Positions 49,941-62,273 of a DNA stretch of 64,000 nucleotides are shown here, piece after piece (position 1 is the stretch's first letter; each line of letters starts with the position of its first letter). Both the position numbers and the translations under genes were made by a program. Below the pieces are notes generated by a model, which worked only from the letters and a program-made list of their open reading frames with translations, was not told the origin of the DNA and did not search any database. The DNA comes from Mobula hypostoma (Eukaryota), in contig NC_086097.1 of assembly GCF_963921235.1 (NCBI RefSeq), positions 107,200,001-107,264,000 on the forward strand, given 5' to 3'.

Positions 49941-51545
49941 CCTTGTAAAGGAGTGGCTGAGTCGATTGTTGCTAATGGACGTTTAATTTAAATCTTTTCA
50001 AACACAAATGTAAAATTTAAAACAATTCAAACAAACAGTACTTTGAAATAATCCACTAGACATTTTCACAAAGAAAAATTTCTCATTGACTTAATATTAC
50101 AGGTTTGGATAAAATTGAATTTGTTTTGATATTGGATAAAAATCCAGATTCTTTTAGGAGCAAATCTTCTAATTTCTTAGCAGTTTTCCGTTTTGCAATA
50201 AAAGACTTTGCTGCAAAGTTTTAATTTCTGCCACTTCCTAGGGGAAGATTGTATGTTAACATAATATTATTCTTCTCTGGATGGTTGAAGGTACGCCTGA
50301 AGGAAGTAAATGGCCTATGTGTTGCATGTAATTATAATTTGGAGCACTGTTTGTATTTGCTGTAGGTCAGGTACATTTTCAATCATTGGCTGTGTGGACA
50401 CCCAGACAAGGGATGATATGGTTTGGGAAAATATTACAGAATATGTACTACATTTTTGGAGATTTTAAAATATTCATCACTGACTTAATGTACAAAGCTT
50501 ATCCTGGTATTTTCCTGTTACTATTCTCAGTACCTATTAGCAGAAATGATATTGACTATTTGTATATTTTTCTCTTACACTGGCATGGTGCTCATAGATT
50601 TACAAGTAACACAATTCAAACATTAGTTTTGTCGGTGATATTTTACATATTTTACATCATCTAAATGTTCACCGATGATGCAGATACTTCTGTACATTCT
50701 TGTATATTTTGACACCATTTTTGATGGAAAGTTGTCTATGTATGTTTTGTTTGCAAACAGCAAGACACATTCAGTCTAGCAAATTACTGCTTATTGATAT
50801 TACCATTAATTATCTGCAAAGTGATGAAAGATGTTATTGATAATGCAATAAAACAGAATTTATTCCCCAATAACCAATGCTCACTTTGGGTTTTGTCAGG
50901 AACATTTTGCTCCAGACCTCATTAAACCTTGATGAAAACATGAAGCAAAGAGCTGCATTTGGAGAAGTGATGTGAGAGTGATTGTTCTGGATACCAAGTA
51001 AGAACTTGACTGTGCGCTGTCAAGGAGTCCTAATATGATAGAAGTTCATGGACTTCAGGGGAAAATACTCCTACAGATGGAGTCATAATCTCATTCATGG
51101 CAAGATGATCGTGATTGCGGAAATTCACCACACCAGTTACTGGGCATCAATGCAAAATTTCATCAGGGAAGTTTCCTTGTTGCTTCATCAATAACATTTC
51201 TTCTATGTACACTGATGATCATGCAGTGACCTATTTAATTTGCTGCTGTCCAGGTTCATGTCTCAAGACAAAGCAATGTTGAGGCAGGGATTGATAAGTG
51301 GCATGGCAAATTCATGCAACAAAGATGTACTTTGTCCATCTCTGGCAAGAAACATTACCATCTCAATGGTCAATATTCTTGGAATCACCATTGACCAGAA
51401 ACCCAGAAAAAACAACTCACATAAAATTTCAGGTTACAAAAATCAGATCAGAATCAGGTTTAATATCACTGGCATATGTTGTAAAATCTGTTGTCTTTGC
51501 GGCAGTGATACAATGCAGTACATAATAGAGAAAAGAAAACCGAAT

Positions 51546-51548
<3 letters not shown>

Positions 51549-51599
<51 letters not shown>
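51549..51599. repeat. (CA)n microsatellite in a Rex 3' tail fragment (51445-51548)
   Basis: Directly visible. Confidence 0.95.
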
Positions 51600-51603
<4 letters not shown>

Positions 51604-51721
51604 TATACAATTGAAGTCAGAAGTTTACATACACCTTAGCCAAATACACTTAAACTCAGTTTTTCTACAATTCCTGACATTTAATCCTAGAAAACATCCC
51701 CTATCTTAGGTCAGTTAGGAT

Positions 51722-53878
51722 CATAGAAACATAGAAACATAGAAAATAGGTGCAGGAGTAGGCCATTCGGCCCTTCGAGCCTGCACCGCCATTTATTATG
51801 ATCATGGCTGATCATCCAACTCAGAACCCAGCCTTCCCTCCATAGCCCCTGACCCCTGTAGCCACAAGGGCCATATCTAACTTCCTTTTAAACATAGCTA
51901 ATGAACTGGCCTCAACAGTTTGCTGTGGCAGAGAATTCCACAGATTCACCACTCTCTGTGTGAAGAAGTTTTTCCTACTCTCGGTCCTAAAAGGCTTCCC
52001 CTCTATCCTCAAACTGTGACCCCTCGTTCTGGACCTCCCCAACATCGGGAACAATCTTCCCGCATCTAGCCTGTCCAATCCCTTTAGGATCTTATACGTT
52101 TCAATCAGATCCCCCCTCAATCTTCTAAATTCCAACGAGTACAAGCCCAGTTCATCCAGTCTTTCTTCATATGAAAGTCCTGCCATCCCAGGAATCAATC
52201 TGGTGAACCTTCTTTGTACTCCCTCTATGGCAAAGATGTCTTTCCTCAGATTAGGGGACCAAAACTGCACACAATACTCCAGGTGTGGTCTCACCAAGGC
52301 CTTGTACAACTGCAGTAGTACCTCCCTGCTCCTGTACTCGAATCCTCTCGCTATAAATGCCAGCATACCGTTCGCCTTTTTCACCGCCTGCTGTACCTGC
52401 ATGCCCACTTTCAATGACTGGTGTATAATGACACCCAGGTCTCGTTGCACCTCCCCTTTTCCTAATCGGCCACCATTCAGATAATAATCTGTTTTCCTAT
52501 TTTTGCCACCAAAGTGGATAACTTCACATTTATCCACATTAAATTGCATCTGCCATGAGTTTGCCCACTCACCCAACCTATCCAAGTCACCCTGCATCCT
52601 CTTAGCATCCTCCTCACTGCTAACACTGCCACCCAGCTTCGTGTCATCCGCAAACTTGGAGATGCTGCATTTAATTCCCTCATCCAAGTCATTAATATAT
52701 ATTGTAAACAACTGGGGTCCCAGCACTGAGCCTTGCAGTACCCCACTAGTCACCGCCTGCCATTCTGAAAAGGTCCCGTTTATTCCCACTCTTTGCTTCC
52801 TGTCTGCTAACCAATTCTCCACCCACACCAATACCTTACCCCCAATACCGTGTGCTTTAAGTTTGCACACTAATCTCCTGTGTGGGACCTTGTCAAAAGC
52901 CTTTTGAAAATCCAAATATACCACATCCACTGGTTCTCCCCTATCCACTCTACTAGTTACATCCTCAAAAAATTCTATGAGATTCGTCAGACATGATTTT
53001 CCTTTCACAAATCCATGCTGACTTTGTCCGATCATTTCACCACTTTCCAAATGTGCTGTTATCACATCCTTGATAACTGACTCCAGCAGTTTCCCCACCA
53101 CCGACGTTAGGCTAACCGGCCTATAATTCCCCGGTTTCTCTCTCCCTCCTTTTTTAAAAAGTGGGGTTACATTAGCCACCCTCCAATCCTCAGGAACTAG
53201 TCCAGAATCTAACGAGTTTTGAAAAATTATCACTAATGCATCCACTATTTCTTGGGCTACTTCCTTAAGCACTCTGGGATGCAGACCATCTGGCCCTGGG
53301 GATTTATCTGCCTTCAATCCCTTCAATTTACCTAACACCACTTCCCTACTAACATGTATTTCGCTCAGTTCCTCCATCTCACTGGACCCTCTGTCCCTTA
53401 CTATTTCTGGAAGATTATTTATGTCCTCCTTAGTGAAGACAGAACCAAAGTAATTATTCAATTGGTCTGCCATGTCCTTGCTCCCCATAATCAATTCACC
53501 TGTTTCTGTCTGCAGGGGACCTACATTTGTCTTTATCAGTCTTTTCCTTTTTACATATCTATAAAAGCTTTTACAGTCCGTTTTTATGTTCTCTGCCAGT
53601 TTTCTCTCATAATCTTTTTTCCCCTTCCTAATTAAGCCCTTTGTCCTCCTCTGCTGAACTCTGAATTTCTCCCAGTCCTCAGGTGAGCCACTTTCTCTGG
53701 CTAATTTGTATGCTACTTCTTTGGAATTGATACTATCCCTAATTTCTCTTGTCAGCCACGGGTGCACTACCTTCCTTGATTTATTCTTTTGCCAAACTGG
53801 GATGAACAATTGTTGTAGTTCATCCATGCGATCTTTAAATGCTTGCCATTGCATATCCACCGTCAATCCTTTAAGTGT
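51722..53878 (-). mobile_element. Young CR1 LINE inserted inside the Tc1 inverted repeat
   Basis: Near-identical to 18172-20330; (TTTCTATG)n tail. Confidence 0.95.
51821..53866 (-). CDS. CR1 ORF2 reverse transcriptase region, 681 aa, 5'-truncated
   Basis: Open frame with KFADDTK; GVPQG reads GVLQG. Confidence 0.85.
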   Translation of the reverse strand: MTVDMQWQAFKDRMDELQQLFIPVWQKNKSRKVVHPWLTREIRDSINSKEVAYKLARESGSPEDWEKFRVQQRRTKGLIRKGKKDYERKLAENIKTDCKSFYRYVKRKRLIKTNVGPLQTETGELIMGSKDMADQLNNYFGSVFTKEDINNLPEIVRDRGSSEMEELSEIHVSREVVLGKLKGLKADKSPGPDGLHPRVLKEVAQEIVDALVIIFQNSLDSGLVPEDWRVANVTPLFKKGGREKPGNYRPVSLTSVVGKLLESVIKDVITAHLESGEMIGQSQHGFVKGKSCLTNLIEFFEDVTSRVDRGEPVDVVYLDFQKAFDKVPHRRLVCKLKAHGIGGKVLVWVENWLADRKQRVGINGTFSEWQAVTSGVLQGSVLGPQLFTIYINDLDEGIKCSISKFADDTKLGGSVSSEEDAKRMQGDLDRLGEWANSWQMQFNVDKCEVIHFGGKNRKTDYYLNGGRLGKGEVQRDLGVIIHQSLKVGMQVQQAVKKANGMLAFIARGFEYRSREVLLQLYKALVRPHLEYCVQFWSPNLRKDIFAIEGVQRRFTRLIPGMAGLSYEERLDELGLYSLEFRRLRGDLIETYKILKGLDRLDAGRLFPMLGRSRTRGHSLRIEGKPFRTESRKNFFTQRVVNLWNSLPQQTVEASSLAMFKRKLDMALVATGVRGYGGKAGF

Positions 53879-53952
53879 AGAGAGAATGATTTATTTAACC
53901 TTTTATTTCTTTCATCACTTTCCCAGTGGGTCAGAAGTTTACATACACTTTG

Positions 53953-54135
53953 TTAGTATTCAGTAGCATTGCCTTTAAATTGTTTAACTTGGGTCAAACA
54001 TTTTGGGTAGCTTTCCACAAGCTTCTTACAGTAAGCTGCTGGAATTTTGTTCCATTCCTCCAGACAGAACTGATGTAACTGAGTCAGGTTTGTAGGCCTC
54101 CTTGCTCGCACACGCTTTTTCAGTTCTGTCCACAA
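53953..54135 (-). pseudogene. Tc1 transposase C-terminal 60 aa
   Basis: WTELKKRVRARRPTNLTQLHQFCLEEWNKI...LTQVKQFKGNATEY*, matching the Sleeping Beauty C-terminus as recalled. Confidence 0.9.
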
Positions 54136-54152
54136 ATTTTCTATCTGGATAT

Positions 54153-54380
54153 TTCTGTGGAGTTTGCATGTTCTTACCTTGAGCTTGTTTCCTGTTTTGT
54201 CCCAAAGACGTACTGGTAAATAGGCTGCGATAAATTATCCCTTATCATCAGTAAATGACAAAATATAAAAAGGATTATGGGTTGATAGGCGTGTGCGAGA
54301 GAATAAATAGAACCAGTTTAGATAGGAAGCTTGGTTGGTATGGATGAGTTTGGCCGTTTTTCCATGCTGTGTGACTCTAC
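54153..54380 (+). mobile_element. Decayed V-SINE-like fragment
   Basis: TCTGTGGAGTTTGCATGTTCT core; CR1-like end TTCCATGCTGTGTGACTCTA. Confidence 0.5.
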
Positions 54381-54748
54381 GGATCTCATATTACAGATTC
54401 CTGCTTTGTGCATAGTCAGACACAATTATCTGAGATGGCCTGATGGTCATCTGCTGGCATATTTCACCACTGAATCGAGCAGTGAAGCAGTACTCCCAAG
54501 GGAGTATTGAAGGCACTTTGCATCCATCTCTCAGTTTTTCACCGGGGACAGCTGGTGTACTTAGATTTGTTTTGGTATGAAAAAATTACCAGAGGCACTT
54601 AAATGTTGATAAAAATCCTTTGATAATTAATCAGCTGCTGGGTCTTTTTGGTCGCACAGTCTCAGGAACTGCTGCACTTTGATAGCTGACTCATAAGTGG
54701 AAAGAGTCAGCTTGTTGAGCATCTGGAAGAACTATATGTGAGTATATG

Positions 54749-55609
54749 TGGGTGAGTGGGCAAACTCATGGCAGATGCAATTTAATGTGGATAAATGTGA
54801 AGTTATCCACTTTGGTGGCAAAAATAGGAAAACAGATTATTATCTGAATGGTGGCCGATTAGGAAAAGGGGAGGTGCAACGAGACCTGGGTGTCATTATA
54901 CACCAGTCATTGAAAGTGGGCATGCAGGTACAGCAGGCGGTGAAAAAGGCGAACGGTATGCTGGCATTTATAGCGAGAGGATTCGAGTACAGGAGCAGGG
55001 AGGTACTACTGCAGTTGTACAAGGCCTTGGTGAGACCACACCTGGAGTATTGTGTGCAGTTTTGGTCCCCTAATCTGAGGAAAGACATCTTTGCCATAGA
55101 GGGAGTACAAAGAAGGTTCACCAGATTGATTCCTGGGATGGCAGGACTTTCATATGAAGAAAGACTGGATGAACTGGGCTTGTACTCGTTGGAATTTAGA
55201 AGATTGAGGGGGGATCTGATTGAAACGTATAAGATCCTAAAGGGATTGGACAGGCTAGATGCGGGAAGATTGTTCCCGATGTTGGGGAGGTCTAGAACGA
55301 GGGGTCACAGTTTGAGGATAGAGGGGAAGCCTTTTAGGACCGAGGTTAGGAAAAACTTCTTCACACAGAGAGTGGTGAATCTGTGGAATTCTCTGCCACA
55401 GCAAACTGTTGAGGCCAGTTCATTAGCTATGTTTAAAAGGAAGTTAGATATGGCCCTTGTGGCTACAGGGGTCAGGGGGTATGGAGGGAAGGCTGGGTTC
55501 TGAGTTGGATGATCAGCCATGATCATAATAAATGGCGGTGCAGGCTCGAAGGGCCGAATGGCCTACTCCTGCACCTATTTTCTATGTTTCTATGTTTCTA
55601 TGTTTCTAT
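54749..55609 (+). mobile_element. Young CR1 3' fragment (ORF 54748-55503)
   Basis: Protein matches the C-terminus of ORF 18270-20666; (TTTCTATG)n tail. Confidence 0.95.
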
Positions 55610-56974
55610 TCAGGAACTGTACACTACAAGACTGGGCAGTGGTCTATGTGGAGGATGTCACGGTCTAATACATTGTTAGGGCCCAGTGCACTTGATATGC
55701 ATGATTTCTTTCACAAAATTAGATGGGCCTTAATATACCTTCTTTTGCCTTATCAGAAGGCAATGGCAAACCACTGCTGTAACTTGCCTCGTACGCAGTT
55801 CCCCACTATGGCAGAGAGGCGTGGAGGGGAATCGTCTGCTAACCGGAGAAACTCTGGATGCAAAGTTACTTTCCCTTCCTTTTTTGCCTTATGGCTGAGA
55901 TTGAGCTAACTATTTCTTTCAGTTGAATACTATCCATAGCTTCTTCAGTTAACCGCAGATGGATCAAATTTTCTTTGGACTCTGTATTTCTTAATGGAAT
56001 GCATGTTCTACAGTATGTTTCAAGACTGATAGGGAAGAATTATATTTTCCTTAGTGTTATTAAACTATATTTTCCTCAGTGTTATTAACATTTAGCCAGC
56101 TGTAAATGTAATGTATCTCTTAAAATCATTATAGTGTAGCTACATGAAAGTTTGTCTTAACTATGTCTACAGGTAGGTCATATTGTATAGGGGTACCAAT
56201 TATTTTGATCCATTATATTTAATTTATTGAAGGCAGAGATATTAGAATTTTGCAGCTCCTCGATGTTGATTTCTGGAAGAAAGCTGAGAAATCTTTGCAA
56301 CAAGAAATGAAGATTCTAAGTACGTCCATTCAGGTTTTGTAATGTATAATCAAGAGTGCTAAATATTCCAGTGGGAGATTAGAGTCAAGGGAATTTTTGG
56401 AACATTGAAATGGCACACATGCAAATTTGAACTGTATTAAAGAGGCTAGAGGGCCATTGTAAAGACTGGAGCAGAGATCAGAATATTTTATTTATTTTAA
56501 AGATCAGTTATAACATTTGGCCCTACATTGGCATTACTATGTCCAGTAGCATGAGGAAATGTGATAAGAATTAAGCTGAAATAAGTGGGTTAGAAGAGCC
56601 AGAACCTATGGGTTGAGCTTTAAAACTTGCCTTTTGGCGCCTTACATTGAAAATCACAGCCTAGTTTAAGAACTGCTTAAAGATCCCAGAGAAAGAATTC
56701 AGAATGGCAAATAATTTGCTTTGGAGTGCATGATTAGCTTCTGGTTAGAGCTGGCTTTCAGTGAGATTCTTTAAATAAAAAGGACATTGGCTTGTGAAAA
56801 CCCAATTGACAGTTGCCAAGCTTACAATAAATCATTTTCTTTTGCACTGATTTGAAATATTTAAGATCAATTGCATGCTGCTGCCAGCTTGCATCTGCGA
56901 AGATACAAATCCAATCCTGAGAATTACCAGAAGTTGAAAGGGTAACAGGAAACGACGATCAGGATTTACCTCCC

Positions 56975-57180
56975 ACCACTGTTTGTACATTCTTCCCGTG
57001 ACCGCATGGGTTTCCTCAGGGTCCTACAGTTTCCTCCCATAGTCCAAACACATACTGGTTCTAGGTTAATTGGTCCTTGTATATAGTCCCACGATTAAGC
57101 TGATGTTAAATTGGGGGATTGCTGGGTAGTGTGGCTTGAAAGGCCAGGAAGGACTACTCCGTGTTGTATCTCTATAAATT
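56975..57180 (+). mobile_element. HE1/V-SINE-like fragment
   Basis: TTTGTACATTCTTCCCGTGACCGCATGGGTTTCCTC core and a CR1-like 3' hairpin. Confidence 0.6.
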
Positions 57181-57703
57181 CATTTTTAAATAACACAGGA
57201 CTTAGACTGATGGGATTGCTATTGTTGAGAGTTGAAAATGGGCCAAATGCCTTCTTTCTTTGTGGTAATTTGTAAGATAAAAAGAGCACACAACCTTGCT
57301 GAAATTCTAGCACAGTACTTTAATGTTATTTATTTACTACCAAAAACCATGTTGCTCTGCCATCTTTTCTTCAACCCAGTAATCAGTTGGCCTATCCATT
57401 TGACGGTCTGCTGAGTGAGAAACAGAATACAAGAAATGATAATATTACCATCCCTGGAACTTCCATTGACATTAGATGGTTGTCACTAATTTTTAACCAT
57501 CAAGTTGTTGTAGCTCTGTAAGATAAAGTGCAAATTGTCCAAGCATCCATTAATCTCTGGGACCAGGCATGTCCATGCTGTCATTGCTTCGTGTTGCCTT
57601 TATTGCCAGCAACTGATTATCTTTGCAATATACAGTATGTTCATTTTAATTAGGTAAAATGTTAAAAATTCTTCTTCTGCCCTATAAATTCCAAGTGTGC
57701 ACT

Positions 57704-59050
57704 TCAAAGTTCAAAGTAAATTTATTTTCAAAGTACACATATGTCACCATATACAATTCTGAGATTCATTTTCTTGTGGCACACTCAATAGGTACATTTA
57801 ATGTCAGAGAAATGTATGCAATACTGTATACATCCTGAAATTCTTTTTCTTTGCAAACATCTATGAAAACAGAGAAGTGCCCCAAAGAATGAATGGCAGT
57901 TAAAACGTTAGAACCCCAAGTCCCCCCAGCTCCCCCTCCCATACACAAACAGCAAGGCAATGACCCCCCCACCCCCCACCAGCAAAAAGCATCAACACCC
58001 TCCACCGAGCACTCAAACGTGCAGCAAAACTTCAGTAAAGACACAGACTTGCAGTACCCCAAAGACTACTCGTTCACCCAGTAATTCGGCATACCACAGG
58101 CTCTCTCTCTCTCCCTAATAAAGGAAAAAGAGGTGTCCCCGTTTCACAGCGAGAGGAGAGACATAACAAACAACTCGCTGATTTATGATGTTAAAAGTCT
58201 GTTGCGTCACTTTTTTCAAGCTCTGCACCCAGAGAGTTGGCCCCAGAAAGGTTCAGGTCTCTGGACGCACCACCCACGGCAGCCAACCCACTGCTCCCGA
58301 TGTTCCCTGTTCTCCCGCGATACCTCAGTCAGGGGCACCGGCCTAGAAACAGCCCTTCTCCAGAGCCATGAAAATCCAGTACCCTGAAGGCACGGTTGCC
58401 TTCCAGTTTGTTGGGATATCAAAAAGCGGCTGATCATGAGGCCTTGAAAGCAGGTTCCATTCCCGCAAAGGACTGAAGTCAGAGTATAATTCCAGGTCAA
58501 GGTCTTCAAAAGAACCTTGAAAAGGAGAAAAAGAGATATCAAAGATAGAAATAGAGCTGTTTCTGAGGATGTAAGCAAAGGAGTCGTCATTTAGTGCCAT
58601 CTTAGCTTCACTCTGCCTTCAGAAGTCCACAATAGAATAACCATAATAGAATCAATCCACCAACAAACTGTGCAAGTGTGAAAAGAAGTAAATAACAATA
58701 TAAATAGATAAGCAAGAATTATTGAAAAATGAGATGGCGCGTCCTTGAAAGTGAGTCCATAGGCTGTGGGAACATTTCAGTGATTAGGCAAGTGAAGTTG
58801 AGTGAAGTTACTTCCTTTGGTTGAAGATCCTTATGGTTGAGGGGTAATAATTATTCCTGAACCTAGCAGTGTGGGTCCTGAGGCACCTGTACCCTCTTCC
58901 TGATGGCAGCAGCAAGAGGAAAGCATGCCTTGGGTGGTGGTGTCCCTGATGATAGATGTTGCTTTTCTGCGACAATGTTTCATATAGATGTGTTCAATAG
59001 TGGAGAGGGCTTTACCTGTGAATGACTGGACCATATCCACTACTTTCTGG
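57704..59050 (-). mobile_element. Rex1/Babar 3' fragment containing a non-autonomous insertion (~57791-58622)
   Basis: TTCAAAGTTCAAAG tail; QKVVDMVQSFTGKALSTIEHIYMKHC peptide; the insert has GTGCCATCTT at 58594-58603. Confidence 0.75.
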
Positions 59051-59239
59051 GACCTGCGTTGCTGCGGGTTATATGCTGATGGTAATTGGGCAGTGTCTTC
59101 TTCAAGCAAGTTTGTTTGAAGCCTATGTTTGTTTGACTATGATCTGAAATGCATTGGGATGGACTATTGCTTGATTGGAGACAGCATCATGCATATCTCA
59201 GACGCTAGATTATAGATGGCCGCTGGTGGTATTGCTTAC

Positions 59240-62200
59240 CAAGATGGCGCTGTGTACGGAGGCCGTGTTGTGAGCTCTGTTCCAACTGTACAGTATACTG
59301 TTAATTTCTGCAATTTCTTTCATATTTCTTGTTTAAGTAGCTGATAGTCACATCAGATACGATCGATTGACCCTTCTGAACATCGGGAAGACAGCATTTA
59401 TCCATTATGTGCTGCCTTTTCTATTCTGGGATTCCCCTGTTTGCGTGATCAATGGGAGACTCACCTACTGCACCGCCGCTACCTGGAAGCGGTGTCAGAG
59501 GCAAGGGAGAAGGGCCAGTGTTGTGGTTAGTTGAAATGGCGTGCTAATCGGCTGCTGCTCCCTAGCATACTCCTGGCTAACATTCAGTCCCTGGACAACA
59601 GGCTGTGTAAACTGAGAGCCAGAATCTCCTACCAGTGGGAAACAAAGGAATGTAGCGTTTTGTGTTTTGTGGAGACCTGGCTGATGGATGAGATATTGGA
59701 TCATGCTATTGAGCCCTCTGGGTTCTCCCTGTTCCGCGGATAGGTCAAAAAACCTCTCTGGTCAGAGTAAAGGAGGTGGGGCATTCTTCATGGTCAATAT
59801 TCTTGGTGTGACCCCAGGAGCATGCATGTCCTCAAATCCTTTTGTCCCTGGATCTGGAGTACCTGCTGCTGCTGTGTAGATCTTTCTGGCTGCCTAGGGA
59901 GTTCATGGCTGTTATTATCACCGCTGTGTATATTCCGCCGCAGGCTGATACTGACCTGGCTCTCAAAGAACTGTACGAGACCATCAGCACCCTGGAGACT
60001 GCACACCCTTCATCGTCGTCAGTGACTTTAACTGAGTATCGCTGACTAAAGTCTCTCCAAAGTTTTGTCAACACATCCAGATGAGCACACAGCGAGATAG
60101 CACACTCGACCACTGCTACTCTCCCTTCTGCAACACTTACAAAGCATTCCTTCGCCCCCTACCCCCCATTTGGAAAATCAGATCACTCTTCCATTTTTCT
60201 GCTGCCAAAATACAAGCAGAAGCTGAAACAAGAGGTGGCCATAGTTAAAAGTGTCCACTGTTGGTCTGCCCAATTGGCCTCAATGCTGCAGGACTGCTTT
60301 GATTACATCAACTTCCATGATGAGGATGTCTCCGAGTTCATGGATGGGGTCATGAGTTTCATCCGGAAGTGAATTGAGGATGTTGTCCCCCAGAAATTGG
60401 TCAAGATCTTTCCAAACCAGAAACCCTGGATCAACAGTTCTGTGTGAACAGCACTTACCGCACAACACAGAGCTTACATTGCCGGTGATCAGCAGGAGCT
60501 CAAGAAATGCAGCTACGATCAGCGCAAAGTCATCAAGGCAGTGAAACAACAATACAGGGACAAGATTCAGAGTCAACTCTCCACCAACAGCACATGCACT
60601 TATGGCAAGGTCTGCACACCATCATAGACTTCAAAGCTAAACGCAGTGGAGTTTCCAATATTGCTGCCTCTCTCCCAGACGAGCTGTATCTTCTTTATGC
60701 TCGATTCGATGTTGCCAATACTGAGCCCCTGAGGAGACCTACAGCTGATGTGACCTGCAGTTTGCTCATCTCTGAGGCTGAAGTACGCATGTGTTTCCAA
60801 CAAGTGGACGGTTGCAAGACTGCAGGACCAGATGGCATCCCAGGGCGAGTACTCAGGATGTATTTACAAACATTTTTAATCTCTCCCTCTCCCAGTGTAG
60901 AGTGCCCTCCTGCTTCAAAACATCCACCGTTGTTCCTGTACCTAAAAAGACCAAGGTAAAATGTCTAAACAACTAGCGTCCTGTCACACTCACCTCAATA
61001 ATAAGCAAATACTTTGAGAGTCTTGTCAGGGACTACACCGGCAGCATGCTACCATCCCCTACAATTCGCCTATTGACACAACCGATCGACTGATGTAATA
61101 GCCACTGCTCTACACAACGTCCTTACACATCTGGAGAAGAATGATGCTTATGTGAGAATGCTGGTTTTGGACTACAGTTCAGCATTCAACACCATAATTC
61201 CCTCCAGGCTCGACAAGAAGCTCAAAGACCTTGGACAACACCCTGCCTTGTGTAGCTGATCCTGGACTTCCTGTCAGATTGCTGGCAGGTGGTAAGAGTG
61301 GGCTCCCTCACCTCTGCCCCTCTGACCCTCAGCACAGGTGCCCCTCAGGGTTGTGTGTTAAGCCCCCTCCTTTACTCTCTGTATACCCATGTCTGTGTTG
61401 CCACCCACAGCTCCAATCTGCTAATTAAATTTGCTGCGACACTACATTGATTGACCTAATCTCAAATAATAATGAGGCAGCCTACAGTGAAGAAGTCATC
61501 ACCCTGACACAGTGGTGTCAAGAAAACAACCTCTCCTTCAATGTCGTAAAAACAAAGGAGCTGGTTGTGGATTACAGGAGGAATGGAGACAGGCTAGCCT
61601 CTATTGACATCAATGGATCTGGGGTTGAGAGGGTGAACAGCTTTAAGTTCCTCAGTATAAACATCACCAAGAATCCCAAGTGGTCTGTACAAACCAGCTG
61701 TGTAGTGAAAAGGGCACAACAGTGCCTCTTTAACCTCAGACAGTTGAAGAAGTTTGGTGTGGGCCCCCAAATCCTAAGAACTTTCTACAGGGGCATAATT
61801 GAGAGCATCCTGACTGGCTGCATCACTGCCTGGTATGGGAACTGCACCTCCCTTAATCGCAGGATTCTGCAGAGAGTGGTGCGGACAGCCCAGCATATCT
61901 GTAGTTGTGAACTTCCCACTATTCAGGACATTTACAAAGACAGGTGTGTAAAAAGGGCCCGTAGGATCATTGGGAACCCAAGTCACCCCAACCACAATTT
62001 GTTCCAGCTGCTACCATCCGGGAAACGATACCACAGCAGAAAAGCCAGGACCAACAGGCTTCGGGACAGCTTCTTCCACCAGGCCATCAGACCACTTAAC
62101 TCATGCTGACATAACTGTATTTCTATGTTATATTGACTATCCTGTTGTACATACTATTTATTATAAATTACTATAAATTGCACATTGCATATTTAGATGA

Positions 62201-62273
62201 CGGCGTAACGTAAAGATTTTTACTACTCGTGTATATGAAGGATGTAAGTAATAAAGTCAATTCAATTCAATTC
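59240..62273 (+). mobile_element. Near full-length Rex1/Babar LINE, single APE-RT ORF broken by stops and frameshifts
   Basis: [55 protein letters not shown]-encoding DNA, ORF 61447-62109, (TTCAA)n tail. Confidence 0.9.

Larger units (their letters stand above)
51608..54146 (-). mobile_element. Tc1 (Sleeping Beauty-like, IR/DR type) right end: 51608-51723 and 53877-54146
   Basis: TA at 51606-51607, outer DR CAATTGAAGTCAGAAGTTTACATACACC, inner DR CAGTGGGTCAGAAGTTTACATACACT (53924-53949), transposase C-terminus. Confidence 0.9.

Noticed and set aside
56041..56088. Two 23-bp direct repeats
   Set aside because: Only two units with a 2-bp spacer; a local tandem duplication, not a CRISPR array.
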